Positions 17,135 through 26,370 of a stretch of DNA of 64,000 nucleotides are shown here, one piece after another (position 1 is the first letter of the stretch; every line of letters starts with the position of its first letter). Origin of the DNA: a virus; IMG/VR virus record IMGVR_UViG_3300023179_000029, positions 32,001 to 96,000 of that record; one strand, given 5' to 3'. Below the pieces are notes generated by a model, which saw only the letters and a program-made list of their open reading frames with translations, searched no databases and was not told the DNA's origin. Both the position numbers and the translations under genes were made by a program.

Positions 17135-20100
17135 TTAAACTTTGTTCCAAGTGTTTTGTGCTTTAACCCTAATGGTTATCATATTTGAAATATCGGTGCT
17201 ATCGGCCTGTGGTAAGGGCAACGAAGCCAATTGATTATCGCCAAGTAAGAAATCATTGTTAAAAACTGTACTTGATTCAATCATTAATTCAGGATTTGTA
17301 ATTGTCAACTCATTAATATCACTATTGTTGATGTAAGTAATTGTATATGGATTATCGACAGTCGGCATAGCAGATGGATCGGTTGCAGAAACTGTTGCAA
17401 AATAAGACAATTTTGCATTTAACGATGTTGCTGTAAGCCCAGCCAAAGTGACATCAATAATATTATTTAAATAATGAAATTTTAATTTACCAGAGGTATT
17501 TGAATTAGTTAAATAAAATAAATACGACGTTGGTTGAGTTCCGCCCAAATTGCCTTCGCCAATACTAACCTTTTGCAATGAATATTTTATAGTTTCTCCA
17601 TATTTATTAACTTCAGTCAATCTATTTCGAGGATTGCCATCATCGTCTGTAGAATTAGTTAAATCGTCTTTAGACCATTTAACATTGTCTACTCCACTAG
17701 TGTTGTGAATTACTTGTAAAATATCTGAAAGTTGAATGATAGAACCAAAGTATTGATTATCAAAATAAGATTTTAAACTGGTGACAATATTGTTGTTAAC
17801 AGTTGTTGGATTTTGCCCTTTATCATACATGACCGTAATATCTGGTTTAAAATATCTAATAACAGATTCGTGTACAAGTACATCCGTAGTTACCTGTTTT
17901 GCATTATCGATTGCAGCCTGAAGCGTAACAATATTTCCATTATATGTATAATTTTCAATTGAAAGGGTGTGCTCAGTAGCGTCAAATAATGTGTTAATAT
18001 TACTTTTTGCTAAATGCGCATCAGCAATTGTGGAATTGTCACCTCTAGTAGTCAAAAAGATGCGATTACCAATTTTTTCCCAATAGTAATTGTCTACATC
18101 AGGGGTTGTTGGAATTTGTTCTCCGCCAGAACCAGTGGTGTAACTGTATGAAGTTTTGCAGCGATATGCTCCATCGTTATAGCAAGCGAATGAACTGACC
18201 GTTGCTCCTAATGAATGAGCGGCGATTGTGGTTCCATTTACGCCTCTTGCTAATATTGTGAAAGTATTAGTGGAAAGCGATTTGTAAGAAATTAATTCTT
18301 CGTCAATTAACACAACAAAAGGTTTTGATTGATCGATAGGAACTGGAAATCCGGAACCTGATGTAACTGCAAATGTCGATCCATCACTTGCGGTCGCGGT
18401 TAAATTGGCAGACAAAGTGCTTGTTCCGTATTTTTGCAAAGTGTTAGTAGTCCCAAACCATATTCCCTGATCATTGGAGCTTGATGGTGAATCAATAAAT
18501 GCAAGCCACCCGCTATCTGATGGAGTTGGAGTAGCTGAAGCTTTTTTATAACCAATTTGTTCGCTATCAATAATCAGTTTTCCAAAATCTGGAAAAAGAA
18601 TTGATTCGTTGTATTTAATAATTGTGCCAATACCTGAAACAGAATCTGCACTTGCTCCAATTGACAAAGCTAGTGATGCGCTCGCCCCAGCACTATCTGT
18701 AATATATTGACCACTATACGGTCCCTCATCTGTATCTGTGCTAGACTTTGCTTTAATTTTAATTGCCCACTCAATGCCGTTCCTAGCCCGAATGGTCCCT
18801 CTTAAATCAGTGACATCTTCAACTTCCCAATAATGAACATTTTTAATAAATGTTCCATATTTGGTTGATATAGTATTTGGTAATTCGATAAGTGGCTGAT
18901 TTAAAATTGGCGTATAAACGTGCCCGGGAACTGGACAAGATTGCGTACTGTTTTTTCTTCTAAAATTTTTATAATAAAGGTAATTTGTCGCATCATCTTT
19001 AATAAATTTTTTAACAGGAACATAATTACCCGGCCGAGCCATTACAACATTTGCCAAAACCGCATCAAGGTTATCTACATAAATATCAACGCAATTGAGT
19101 ACTCCTCTTAAATAATCATTTCTTGAAGCAGAAGAAAGGTAAGAATATTCAAAAAATAAAACGTCTTTTGGACTAATTGTTTGAATATTATCTTCGTCAC
19201 CCGTGTAAACATTTGTAAATGTAATATTCGGTTGATAGATAACTGGAGTTGCTGTGCTTAAGGGATTGGAATTAATACCCTTTTGAAATTCTCGATAAGC
19301 GTCTCCTCTGTTTTTAGTAGAGGGGGTAACGTTCATTACAAAGTCGGCATCTTGTGTATATATTGTAATTAAAGAAGTTGTGTCATCAGATACATGGTAA
19401 GGCAAATTATCATAAACAAATTTTGCGTTTGTGTTTGTTGATAACGCGGTGGTATATTCTAAATCATTTCCATTTCCGCTAACATTGTCAGGCAAATCGG
19501 GCACCTGAATGTATTCTGTGTATTTTGACGACGGTCCAATAACTGTTGCTTTTTTCGACAATGTTGATAAAGCTAAAGCTAAATAATTATCCTTGGTCCC
19601 CGCTAGGTTTCTGAATGGCCCGGTAGCAGTAAATCTAGCTTTTAATTGATCATCAGATTCTTTATTAGTCCCTCCAACGATTGGAGCTTCGTTATTAATG
19701 CTGACAATGCTCCCGATGGCGGCTCCGTTCCAATCGGTGATTGTATTAGCGGGAACATTTCCTTTTTCTCCGGACTCAATGCATTCAATTGGCACAATGA
19801 CATCCTTGGTACCGGCAGCCATAATAACTGATCGGTTACTGATAAAAGTTACATCTGACCCATTGTTTACAGCTTTGGCTAAAAATTGTGTACCGGCAGG
19901 AATTCTCAATGGCGCATCGGCGTTTGTATTTCTAGATAATTTAAGAAATCCACTGGCCTTTGTGCCGACTTGTCGACCAAAACCAAAAAGGCCAAGCATA
20001 TTGTCAAGATCGGCGCCCACTTTTGCGTCAATATCAAGACCACCATTTAGAATATTTAAATCAATTTGATTTTCAGCAATGGCTTGCGCGACCGCTTCAA

Positions 20101-20200
20101 TAATTCTACGCTCAGGAGTTCCCTCAATGAGAGACATTGAGGGGACCTTAAATCTAAGGTCATTAATAATATTATCAATAATTTGCTGTTGCGTTGCCAT
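17135..20200 (-). CDS. Baseplate J-like wedge protein with insertions
   Basis: GADLDN..LFGFGR, ASGFLKLSR, IPAGTQF, GEKGNVPANTIT, GGTNKESDDQLKAR; 1021 aa. Confidence 0.9.
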   Translation of the reverse strand: MATQQQIIDNIINDLRFKVPSMSLIEGTPERRIIEAVAQAIAENQIDLNILNGGLDIDAKVGADLDNMLGLFGFGRQVGTKASGFLKLSRNTNADAPLRIPAGTQFLAKAVNNGSDVTFISNRSVIMAAGTKDVIVPIECIESGEKGNVPANTITDWNGAAIGSIVSINNEAPIVGGTNKESDDQLKARFTATGPFRNLAGTKDNYLALALSTLSKKATVIGPSSKYTEYIQVPDLPDNVSGNGNDLEYTTALSTNTNAKFVYDNLPYHVSDDTTSLITIYTQDADFVMNVTPSTKNRGDAYREFQKGINSNPLSTATPVIYQPNITFTNVYTGDEDNIQTISPKDVLFFEYSYLSSASRNDYLRGVLNCVDIYVDNLDAVLANVVMARPGNYVPVKKFIKDDATNYLYYKNFRRKNSTQSCPVPGHVYTPILNQPLIELPNTISTKYGTFIKNVHYWEVEDVTDLRGTIRARNGIEWAIKIKAKSSTDTDEGPYSGQYITDSAGASASLALSIGASADSVSGIGTIIKYNESILFPDFGKLIIDSEQIGYKKASATPTPSDSGWLAFIDSPSSSNDQGIWFGTTNTLQKYGTSTLSANLTATASDGSTFAVTSGSGFPVPIDQSKPFVVLIDEELISYKSLSTNTFTILARGVNGTTIAAHSLGATVSSFACYNDGAYRCKTSYSYTTGSGGEQIPTTPDVDNYYWEKIGNRIFLTTRGDNSTIADAHLAKSNINTLFDATEHTLSIENYTYNGNIVTLQAAIDNAKQVTTDVLVHESVIRYFKPDITVMYDKGQNPTTVNNNIVTSLKSYFDNQYFGSIIQLSDILQVIHNTSGVDNVKWSKDDLTNSTDDDGNPRNRLTEVNKYGETIKYSLQKVSIGEGNLGGTQPTSYLFYLTNSNTSGKLKFHYLNNIIDVTLAGLTATSLNAKLSYFATVSATDPSAMPTVDNPYTITYINNSDINELTITNPELMIESSTVFNNDFLLGDNQLASLPLPQADSTDISNMITIRVKAQNTWNKV

Positions 20201-20664
20201 TATAAACCTAATATAATTTCAATTGTTTCAATAGACCCAGAAGCGCTTTTTAAATGCACTTTTACATCTAATTTATCTAAATTTTGTTTAATATCAATAG
20301 CTTCAATTCCGGCCAAAACCTCTCCCTTGGTCAAAGATTGGGAGTTATATTTCATTTTGTCAGCTTTCGCTCTAGCCAATTGTCTGGATTGATAATTTCC
20401 TACAATTCTTAAAATTTCAGACCTTACTCTTAAATCTACCATTGATAAGTCGGTATCGCCAATAATACTTTCGTAAATGACTCCATCAGAGTTTACGCCT
20501 CCATCAATTAACGAACCGTATGAAGGGTTGTTTAAATCAGATCCCATAGGTTGTTTTAACTCAAGAGTTAAATCTTGAATCATTTTGTTTTCGTTATCGA
20601 CGGTTTCTAAACCTTTTGGACCAATTGCTAAATCTCCATTTTGTAATTTTAAACTCCAAGTCAT
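20200..20664 (-). CDS. Baseplate wedge / sheath initiator (gp25/gpW-like)
   Basis: SLKLQNGDL..., QDL..EL..PMGSD..NPSYGS; immediately upstream of baseplate J. Confidence 0.75.
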   Translation of the reverse strand: MTWSLKLQNGDLAIGPKGLETVDNENKMIQDLTLELKQPMGSDLNNPSYGSLIDGGVNSDGVIYESIIGDTDLSMVDLRVRSEILRIVGNYQSRQLARAKADKMKYNSQSLTKGEVLAGIEAIDIKQNLDKLDVKVHLKSASGSIETIEIILGL

Positions 20665-20703
20665 CCTATTAATTAACCTGTCGGAATATAATGTTCGGGA
20701 GTA

Positions 20704-22491
20704 TTATGGAATTAAAACTGTTAAAGTAATTTTTAAAGTACCGTAGCCAACAAAATTGTCACTTGTCGGATTCCAAATCCAGTAAAACAAATTTCCGCTT
20801 ACGTTTTTGCCTGCTCCGCAAAGAAGTGGAAAAGTTCCGGCTAATCTAAAATATTGAGCGCCATAATTAGCACTATTTGAAATAGGATCATATTCGTCAG
20901 GAGGATTGAAACCTCCGGAGTTATCATAATGTCCGCCTGCTAAACCTCTGGGAAAAGTTACAAAACCCGAAGTTGTCGTTCCAATGCTTAAAGGAATTGT
21001 TAATTCATAATATCGACAAATATCACTTGCACCGCTTGGATCAAAATCAACTTTTCGCCATATAGCATTAGATTGTACTCCTTCAACATTATTATTAGGA
21101 TTGGCATCATTTTTATAAGCGGTGCCAACATTTGAACTGTTGCTAGTAACATAAGATTGAGTTGCTAGTGGATTACTAGTTCCCGATCCAATGTAAAAAG
21201 CTCCACCTCTAATGTTTCCACTTCCCGCATCGATGCCGCCATTAGCGGTAACGACGTTTCCTCCGCTGGTATTTAATCCGCCAGTTGTTATCCCTTGAGT
21301 AGATGTAAAATCATTAGTTGTAATTGTTCCTTGAAAATTTGCATTACCGTTACTGGCATATAAATGAATCTTGTTAGTTTCCCCATTTTTAAGATAAACA
21401 TCTCCTTGAAAAGAGGCTGATCCATCATTTCCTTCAAGGTGAATCGTGTTACTGGCTCCATTTTTAAGATAAACATCTCCTTGAAAAGAGGCTGATCCAT
21501 CATTTCCTTCAAGGTGAATCGTGTTACTGGCTCCAACGTACATGTCATTTGTCGCTTTAACATAGTTACTAGCCGTAATGTTTCCACTCGCGCTAATATT
21601 GGTTGTGTCAATGTTACTAATATTGAGATCATTTGCAGAAATGTCACCGTAAATTGTAACACTGTCGTCAATTACTAATTGATCATTAATTTGAATTTTT
21701 GGTGTTTTATAAAATGTTATCGATGCCGTATTTGAAGCACCAATAAAAATTTCGCCTGCAACCGTAGAACTTGTATTTTCACTTGTTGAACTATTAAGAC
21801 GAATAGACGCTAAAGATTTAAATTCTATTGTTCCTTGTTTTGAAAATTGAATTAAACCATTGTTATCAAATACGATTGAAGATTTTTTAGCAAGTGCTTC
21901 TGGCGTTAAATCAGTCGGGTTTGCAGCAGCAAGGTTGATTTTGCCGGTTCCACCGTCTAAAATGATATATCTTGAATTTTGTGTTTCAATTAATTCCAAA
22001 CGTCCAGTGCCAAGGGTACCAGTTTGAGAAGTTGTAGAAATTTGAGCGCCACTTTCCAAAATCACTTTTTCAGTCACGCTAAGGCTATTAATTTTTAAAT
22101 CAATGCTTGGTTGCCAAGTTTCATCTATATAAGACAAAAGGGCATTATTGGCAGCATTTGTATCGTCAGTAATCACAACCGATTTGCCAGTAGGCGTTTT
22201 AACTACATCTGCTGCAATTTTACCGTGCCCGGGAGCAAGATCGTTAATTTTAACATCATCGGTGCTATCAGCGCGACGATCTAATACCCAAATACCGTTT
22301 GCTTGTTGAATGATCCAACTTTCGCCTACTTTTGGCCAAACAAAAAATTCGCGAGTATCAAAAACCGCAATTTGAACCACTGTTTGATCTTTTAAAGCTG
22401 CTTCTATTTTTCTAGTTTTTGGATGAACTGTAGTAATAGTGCATGCTCTTCGGGATCCATATCCCGGCTTCATATGATCTTGTACAGCCAT
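20704..22491 (-). CDS. Baseplate central spike-like protein with beta-helical repeats
   Basis: N-terminal OB-like segment with WPKVGESWII, then G/N/T-rich beta repeats; lies between hub and wedge genes. Confidence 0.6.
   Translation of the reverse strand: MAVQDHMKPGYGSRRACTITTVHPKTRKIEAALKDQTVVQIAVFDTREFFVWPKVGESWIIQQANGIWVLDRRADSTDDVKINDLAPGHGKIAADVVKTPTGKSVVITDDTNAANNALLSYIDETWQPSIDLKINSLSVTEKVILESGAQISTTSQTGTLGTGRLELIETQNSRYIILDGGTGKINLAAANPTDLTPEALAKKSSIVFDNNGLIQFSKQGTIEFKSLASIRLNSSTSENTSSTVAGEIFIGASNTASITFYKTPKIQINDQLVIDDSVTIYGDISANDLNISNIDTTNISASGNITASNYVKATNDMYVGASNTIHLEGNDGSASFQGDVYLKNGASNTIHLEGNDGSASFQGDVYLKNGETNKIHLYASNGNANFQGTITTNDFTSTQGITTGGLNTSGGNVVTANGGIDAGSGNIRGGAFYIGSGTSNPLATQSYVTSNSSNVGTAYKNDANPNNNVEGVQSNAIWRKVDFDPSGASDICRYYELTIPLSIGTTTSGFVTFPRGLAGGHYDNSGGFNPPDEYDPISNSANYGAQYFRLAGTFPLLCGAGKNVSGNLFYWIWNPTSDNFVGYGTLKITLTVLIP
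21383..21535. repeat. Perfect 75-bp tandem duplication (2 copies)
   Basis: Identical units start at 21383 and 21458; encodes GASNTIHLEGNDGSASFQGDVYLKN twice. Confidence 0.95.
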
Positions 22492-22501
22492 AACCTATCC
22501 T

Positions 22502-23998
22502 TTAATATGCGCCTTTAGGAGCGCCAATTTCATCTGAACTTGGATTATCCCAAGCTCTAATCATTCCTGCGTGAACCCAAGATTTATTTGGATTATTTGG
22601 ATTACCCGAGGCGTCTTTTGTAGCAGCGGGCGCACTCAATTCGGCCGTAGTTGTAAACCCAGATTCATAAGATCCATTATGCACAACCCGTTCAATATAA
22701 CATTGCAATCCATGCTCTTCAAATTCAACAATCCCGCCGGGATAAAGTTCTGGCATAAAAGTAAATTCAAATGTTGTTTTAAATTGTTTGGCCCACATAT
22801 AACAAAACCTTTGATAAGCCAAAAAGGTTTCATAAATTGGCGACCTAATTGCCGCCACCTCTTCAGTCAACGGTCTAGCTCCATATTTTTGAAGAAATTT
22901 GATCGCATCTTCTTTTTTCTGCAAACTGGGCTTAGTAGAATCCATACCAGATTCGCTTGAAGAAGTTGATGGGCCGTTAACAAAATCTGCCATAAATGCA
23001 TTAAATACATTAATCACTCCGGCCGTATTAATCCTATCAATATAATCAATAGTTCCGTATCCAATTCCGCTTTCACTTCCCATTGTGTCACCAACTACAT
23101 ACATATGAGTAACTAATTCATCATCAGATAAATCGATTTTTCCATCCATGATTTCGATATCTTTAATGACCCAATATGCGGTTTTACCAAGTCCACCAAA
23201 ATAATCTGGGTAAAATGCGTAAAAATCGCCGTTAGGAAGAGACATAAATTCTCTTAAAGACCCGGCCGCAATTTGTTCTACGAATGGAAGAAGCGGTTTA
23301 TCATTAAGAAGACTCCTCTGCCCAGTGAGCAGAATTGCCTCTTTCATTTCCATAATGCTTGGCAATGTAAAATAGGAAGAAAATGCTGCGGCAGTAGCTA
23401 TTTCTCCGGGCGTTTTGCCACTGCCAGCTCCACCCGAACTCGGATCTGGGACTTGTGTTCCATCGACCTTTTCACCATAAATAGACGTATACAACGATGC
23501 CTCTCCGGCAAGTTCGTTATCAATTCCGCCGTTTGCACTAGATCCAAGGGCAACTCTAACATAGGCGACATCAGAACCGACTTCTCCAATAATATTGCCA
23601 GCGGTTACTCCAGCAAGATCAAAATTACGAGGTGGATCAATTTTTACCGGATTGTTGTTTTTATCAAAAGCAGTATAAATAACTTGATCGATCTCTACCT
23701 TTGCTTTTGAATTATGATCCGATGTATATACCAAAGGATTTGTTAAAGTTAAAGAAATACTCTTTGTTGAAGACGATCCATTATATTCTTGATACTCATA
23801 GCCCGTTCCAACAACCCCGTCGTACATTGCAAGTAAATGGTGGGAGCCATTATTTGTTGTATATGTTGACGCCCCGGCTCTGCCCAAACCAAATGATGGT
23901 TTTACACCAGATCCTTTTGGAAATGGATAAATTGTTCTAGCATCCTTACTATTTGGCGCTTTTGTTCTTAATCTTCCTTTTAAATTAGAAATTGCCAT
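22502..23998 (-). CDS. Baseplate hub C-terminal half with a degenerate M23-like N-terminal domain
   Basis: C-terminal FMSLPNGDFYAFYPDYFG, THMYVVG, YGARP, FMPELYPG...YIERVVH..FTTTAEL (hub-type ending); N-terminal YPFP...AMYDGVV...VTAGNIIGEVG. Confidence 0.7.
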   Translation of the reverse strand: MAISNLKGRLRTKAPNSKDARTIYPFPKGSGVKPSFGLGRAGASTYTTNNGSHHLLAMYDGVVGTGYEYQEYNGSSSTKSISLTLTNPLVYTSDHNSKAKVEIDQVIYTAFDKNNNPVKIDPPRNFDLAGVTAGNIIGEVGSDVAYVRVALGSSANGGIDNELAGEASLYTSIYGEKVDGTQVPDPSSGGAGSGKTPGEIATAAAFSSYFTLPSIMEMKEAILLTGQRSLLNDKPLLPFVEQIAAGSLREFMSLPNGDFYAFYPDYFGGLGKTAYWVIKDIEIMDGKIDLSDDELVTHMYVVGDTMGSESGIGYGTIDYIDRINTAGVINVFNAFMADFVNGPSTSSSESGMDSTKPSLQKKEDAIKFLQKYGARPLTEEVAAIRSPIYETFLAYQRFCYMWAKQFKTTFEFTFMPELYPGGIVEFEEHGLQCYIERVVHNGSYESGFTTTAELSAPAATKDASGNPNNPNKSWVHAGMIRAWDNPSSDEIGAPKGAY

Positions 23999-24023
23999 TT
24001 AACTAACCTTTCGATCTTTATAA

Positions 24024-25205
24024 TTAATTGGTGGGTTCTTTACCATTGTATCGTTTATACAAACCATAAATGGCTTTTGCTGCTTCTTCCGCATCAGTAA
24101 CAAAGTCACCAGATGTTCCAACATATCTACTTTTTACGGGACCGAGATTGGTATTTCCGGGGTATTTATAAGTTAAACCAAAATTTGGGGTCTTTGCATA
24201 ATTTCCTTTGTATTTACCAAATTCACTTTCATGACCATATACTCCCCATAAAACGGTAAAAGGAATTTTCCATTTTTTGGCCTTTTCTGCAATGACCTTT
24301 CGATCATTTGGATTACCGCCATTCGCGCCGTTGCTCAATGCTTTTCTATAAACCTGTTCAGCATCATATTTTCCATCAGAATAATGGTTAACTGTCGATA
24401 TCCAATCAGAGCCTATATTTTTAACAGCGTTATCGCCCGAACCTTCACCAGAATTATTTGAACTTTGATCGTTATTGGCATAAGTTGAATTACCATATTT
24501 GGAAGCACCAATAATATTATTTAAATATTGATGAAATTCTTTAATAGAAGACGCGCTTTCTTTTGCCGCATCAGCGTATAATTTCCTAACAATTTCTGAA
24601 ATTTGTTCGCCCGGCAGTTCTTGAATATAAATATTATCACCGTTCCAACCTCCAATTTCAGTTAAAATTGAATAAAGTAAATTACCAATACTAGTGTCGT
24701 TTAAACCAGTCGTTTTGCGGGCTTCTTTTTCAGGGCTTAATGCCGTACCGTCAAGTGTCACTCCCCAACCATGTGCATCCATAAATGCTCTTACAAAAGG
24801 CAAAGCGGGGTCCCAGTATGTGTATTGCAATCTTTTAAGCGTACAAGAAGCATCTATGGCAACTATGCCCGGCAATAATTGCACATGCGGCGTTGTATCG
24901 CAATACCCCGTAAATACCTGAATGGGACGACCTTTTAATCTGGTCATTGTAATTGTAATCGGATCCATGGGATGAAACATTGGGCGAATGGATCCATCGC
25001 TTCCAATATGTTCTGTAAACATTGATCTTATTTGACCACTTGTTTCATCTGAAATTCTAGGATTTCTAAATTCGATTCTTGCATAGCTAGTTGCATTAAT
25101 CCTACGATCAACTTGTACATCCGTGATGTAAGGACTTAAATCAAAGACGCCCGAATCGGATTTAATCCAAACATTAACTGATGGTGAATAAACTAATCTC
25201 TTCAT
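24024..25205 (-). CDS. Hub N-terminal paralogue 3 + lysozyme-fold hydrolase (GH73/GH23-like)
   Basis: Shared MKRLVYSPS...CTLKRLQYTYWDP domain; C-terminal IAEKAKKWKIPFTVLWGVYGHESEFGK...NFGL. Confidence 0.7.
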   Translation of the reverse strand: MKRLVYSPSVNVWIKSDSGVFDLSPYITDVQVDRRINATSYARIEFRNPRISDETSGQIRSMFTEHIGSDGSIRPMFHPMDPITITMTRLKGRPIQVFTGYCDTTPHVQLLPGIVAIDASCTLKRLQYTYWDPALPFVRAFMDAHGWGVTLDGTALSPEKEARKTTGLNDTSIGNLLYSILTEIGGWNGDNIYIQELPGEQISEIVRKLYADAAKESASSIKEFHQYLNNIIGASKYGNSTYANNDQSSNNSGEGSGDNAVKNIGSDWISTVNHYSDGKYDAEQVYRKALSNGANGGNPNDRKVIAEKAKKWKIPFTVLWGVYGHESEFGKYKGNYAKTPNFGLTYKYPGNTNLGPVKSRYVGTSGDFVTDAEEAAKAIYGLYKRYNGKEPTN

Positions 25206-25211
25206 TTTATT

Positions 25212-26369
25212 TTAAACCGGTGATGCTATGCCAAGTTCTTTGCAAATTTTGCGAACGTAAGCAATAGTTTCATTAATTGTTTTCCATGAACCATTATCTG
25301 CTCTTACAGGGCCAGCGTTATAGGCCGCTAAAGACAGCGGAATGTCCCCATTATATTTTTTCAAATATGTTTTGAATTCTATTACTCCAGCGTCAATGTT
25401 TTTAGCATTGTCTGTACGAATTTCATTTGCACTATATCCACTTTGCTCTTCTACAAATTGAGGCATTAGCTGCATCAGCCCAACTGCCCCCGCGCCCGAT
25501 CCCGCATTTGGATTGAAATCAGATTCTGCTCTAATGATTGCGCGGATAATATTTGGATCAACCCCATGTTTTCTACAAGCTTGGGATATTAATCGCTCTA
25601 CCCAATCCGGACCTCGGCTACCAGATTTAGTTTTTTCAGTAGACACGGGGCTGCCGGTATCTGGCTCGCTTCCACCGGCCGAACCATATGCAGAGGCTCC
25701 AATTATTTGATGCAAAAATTCATGAAATTCTTTAATAGATGATGCATTCTCTTTTGCTGTGTCACTATATAATTTTTTAACGATTTCTGAAATCTGTTCA
25801 CTTGGTAATTCTTGAATATAAATATTTTTATCGTTCCAACCGCCAATTTCTTTTAAAATTTGATGTAATAAATAACCGATGCTGCCATCGTGTAATGAAC
25901 CATTGAAGCGATTATCTGTATTAAATGCAGTCCCTTCCGCAGTGACCGACCATCCCGTTTTATTCATAAAATCTCTGACAAAGGGCAAAGCGGGGTCCCA
26001 GTATGTATACTGAAGCCTTTTTAAAGTACAGGAGGCAGTAAGTTCAGCGTTACCCGGTAATAGTTGAACGTATGGCGTTGTGTCGCAATATCCGGTAAAT
26101 ACCTGAATGGGCCTGCCCTTAAGACGAGTTAAGGTGATAATGATCGGGTCCATTGGGTGAAACATTGGACCAATAGAGCCATTGATTTCATGTTCTGTAA
26201 AAAGCATTTTATTGTCGACTTTAGGATTTCTAAATTGAATGCGGGCATAACTGGTCGCATTAATTCTACGATCAATGTTAAATCCTATAATATAGGGACT
26301 TAAATCAAAAACACCTGAATCCGATTTAATCCAAACATTTATAGAAGGAGAATAAACGAGTCTTTTCAT
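25212..26369 (-). CDS. Hub N-terminal paralogue 2 + lytic transglycosylase (SLT/GH23)
   Basis: Shared N-domain; C-terminal AIIRAESDFNPNA.SGAGAVGLMQLMP...LAAYNAG...ETIAYV. Confidence 0.85.
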   Translation of the reverse strand: MKRLVYSPSINVWIKSDSGVFDLSPYIIGFNIDRRINATSYARIQFRNPKVDNKMLFTEHEINGSIGPMFHPMDPIIITLTRLKGRPIQVFTGYCDTTPYVQLLPGNAELTASCTLKRLQYTYWDPALPFVRDFMNKTGWSVTAEGTAFNTDNRFNGSLHDGSIGYLLHQILKEIGGWNDKNIYIQELPSEQISEIVKKLYSDTAKENASSIKEFHEFLHQIIGASAYGSAGGSEPDTGSPVSTEKTKSGSRGPDWVERLISQACRKHGVDPNIIRAIIRAESDFNPNAGSGAGAVGLMQLMPQFVEEQSGYSANEIRTDNAKNIDAGVIEFKTYLKKYNGDIPLSLAAYNAGPVRADNGSWKTINETIAYVRKICKELGIASPV

Positions 26370-26370
26370 T

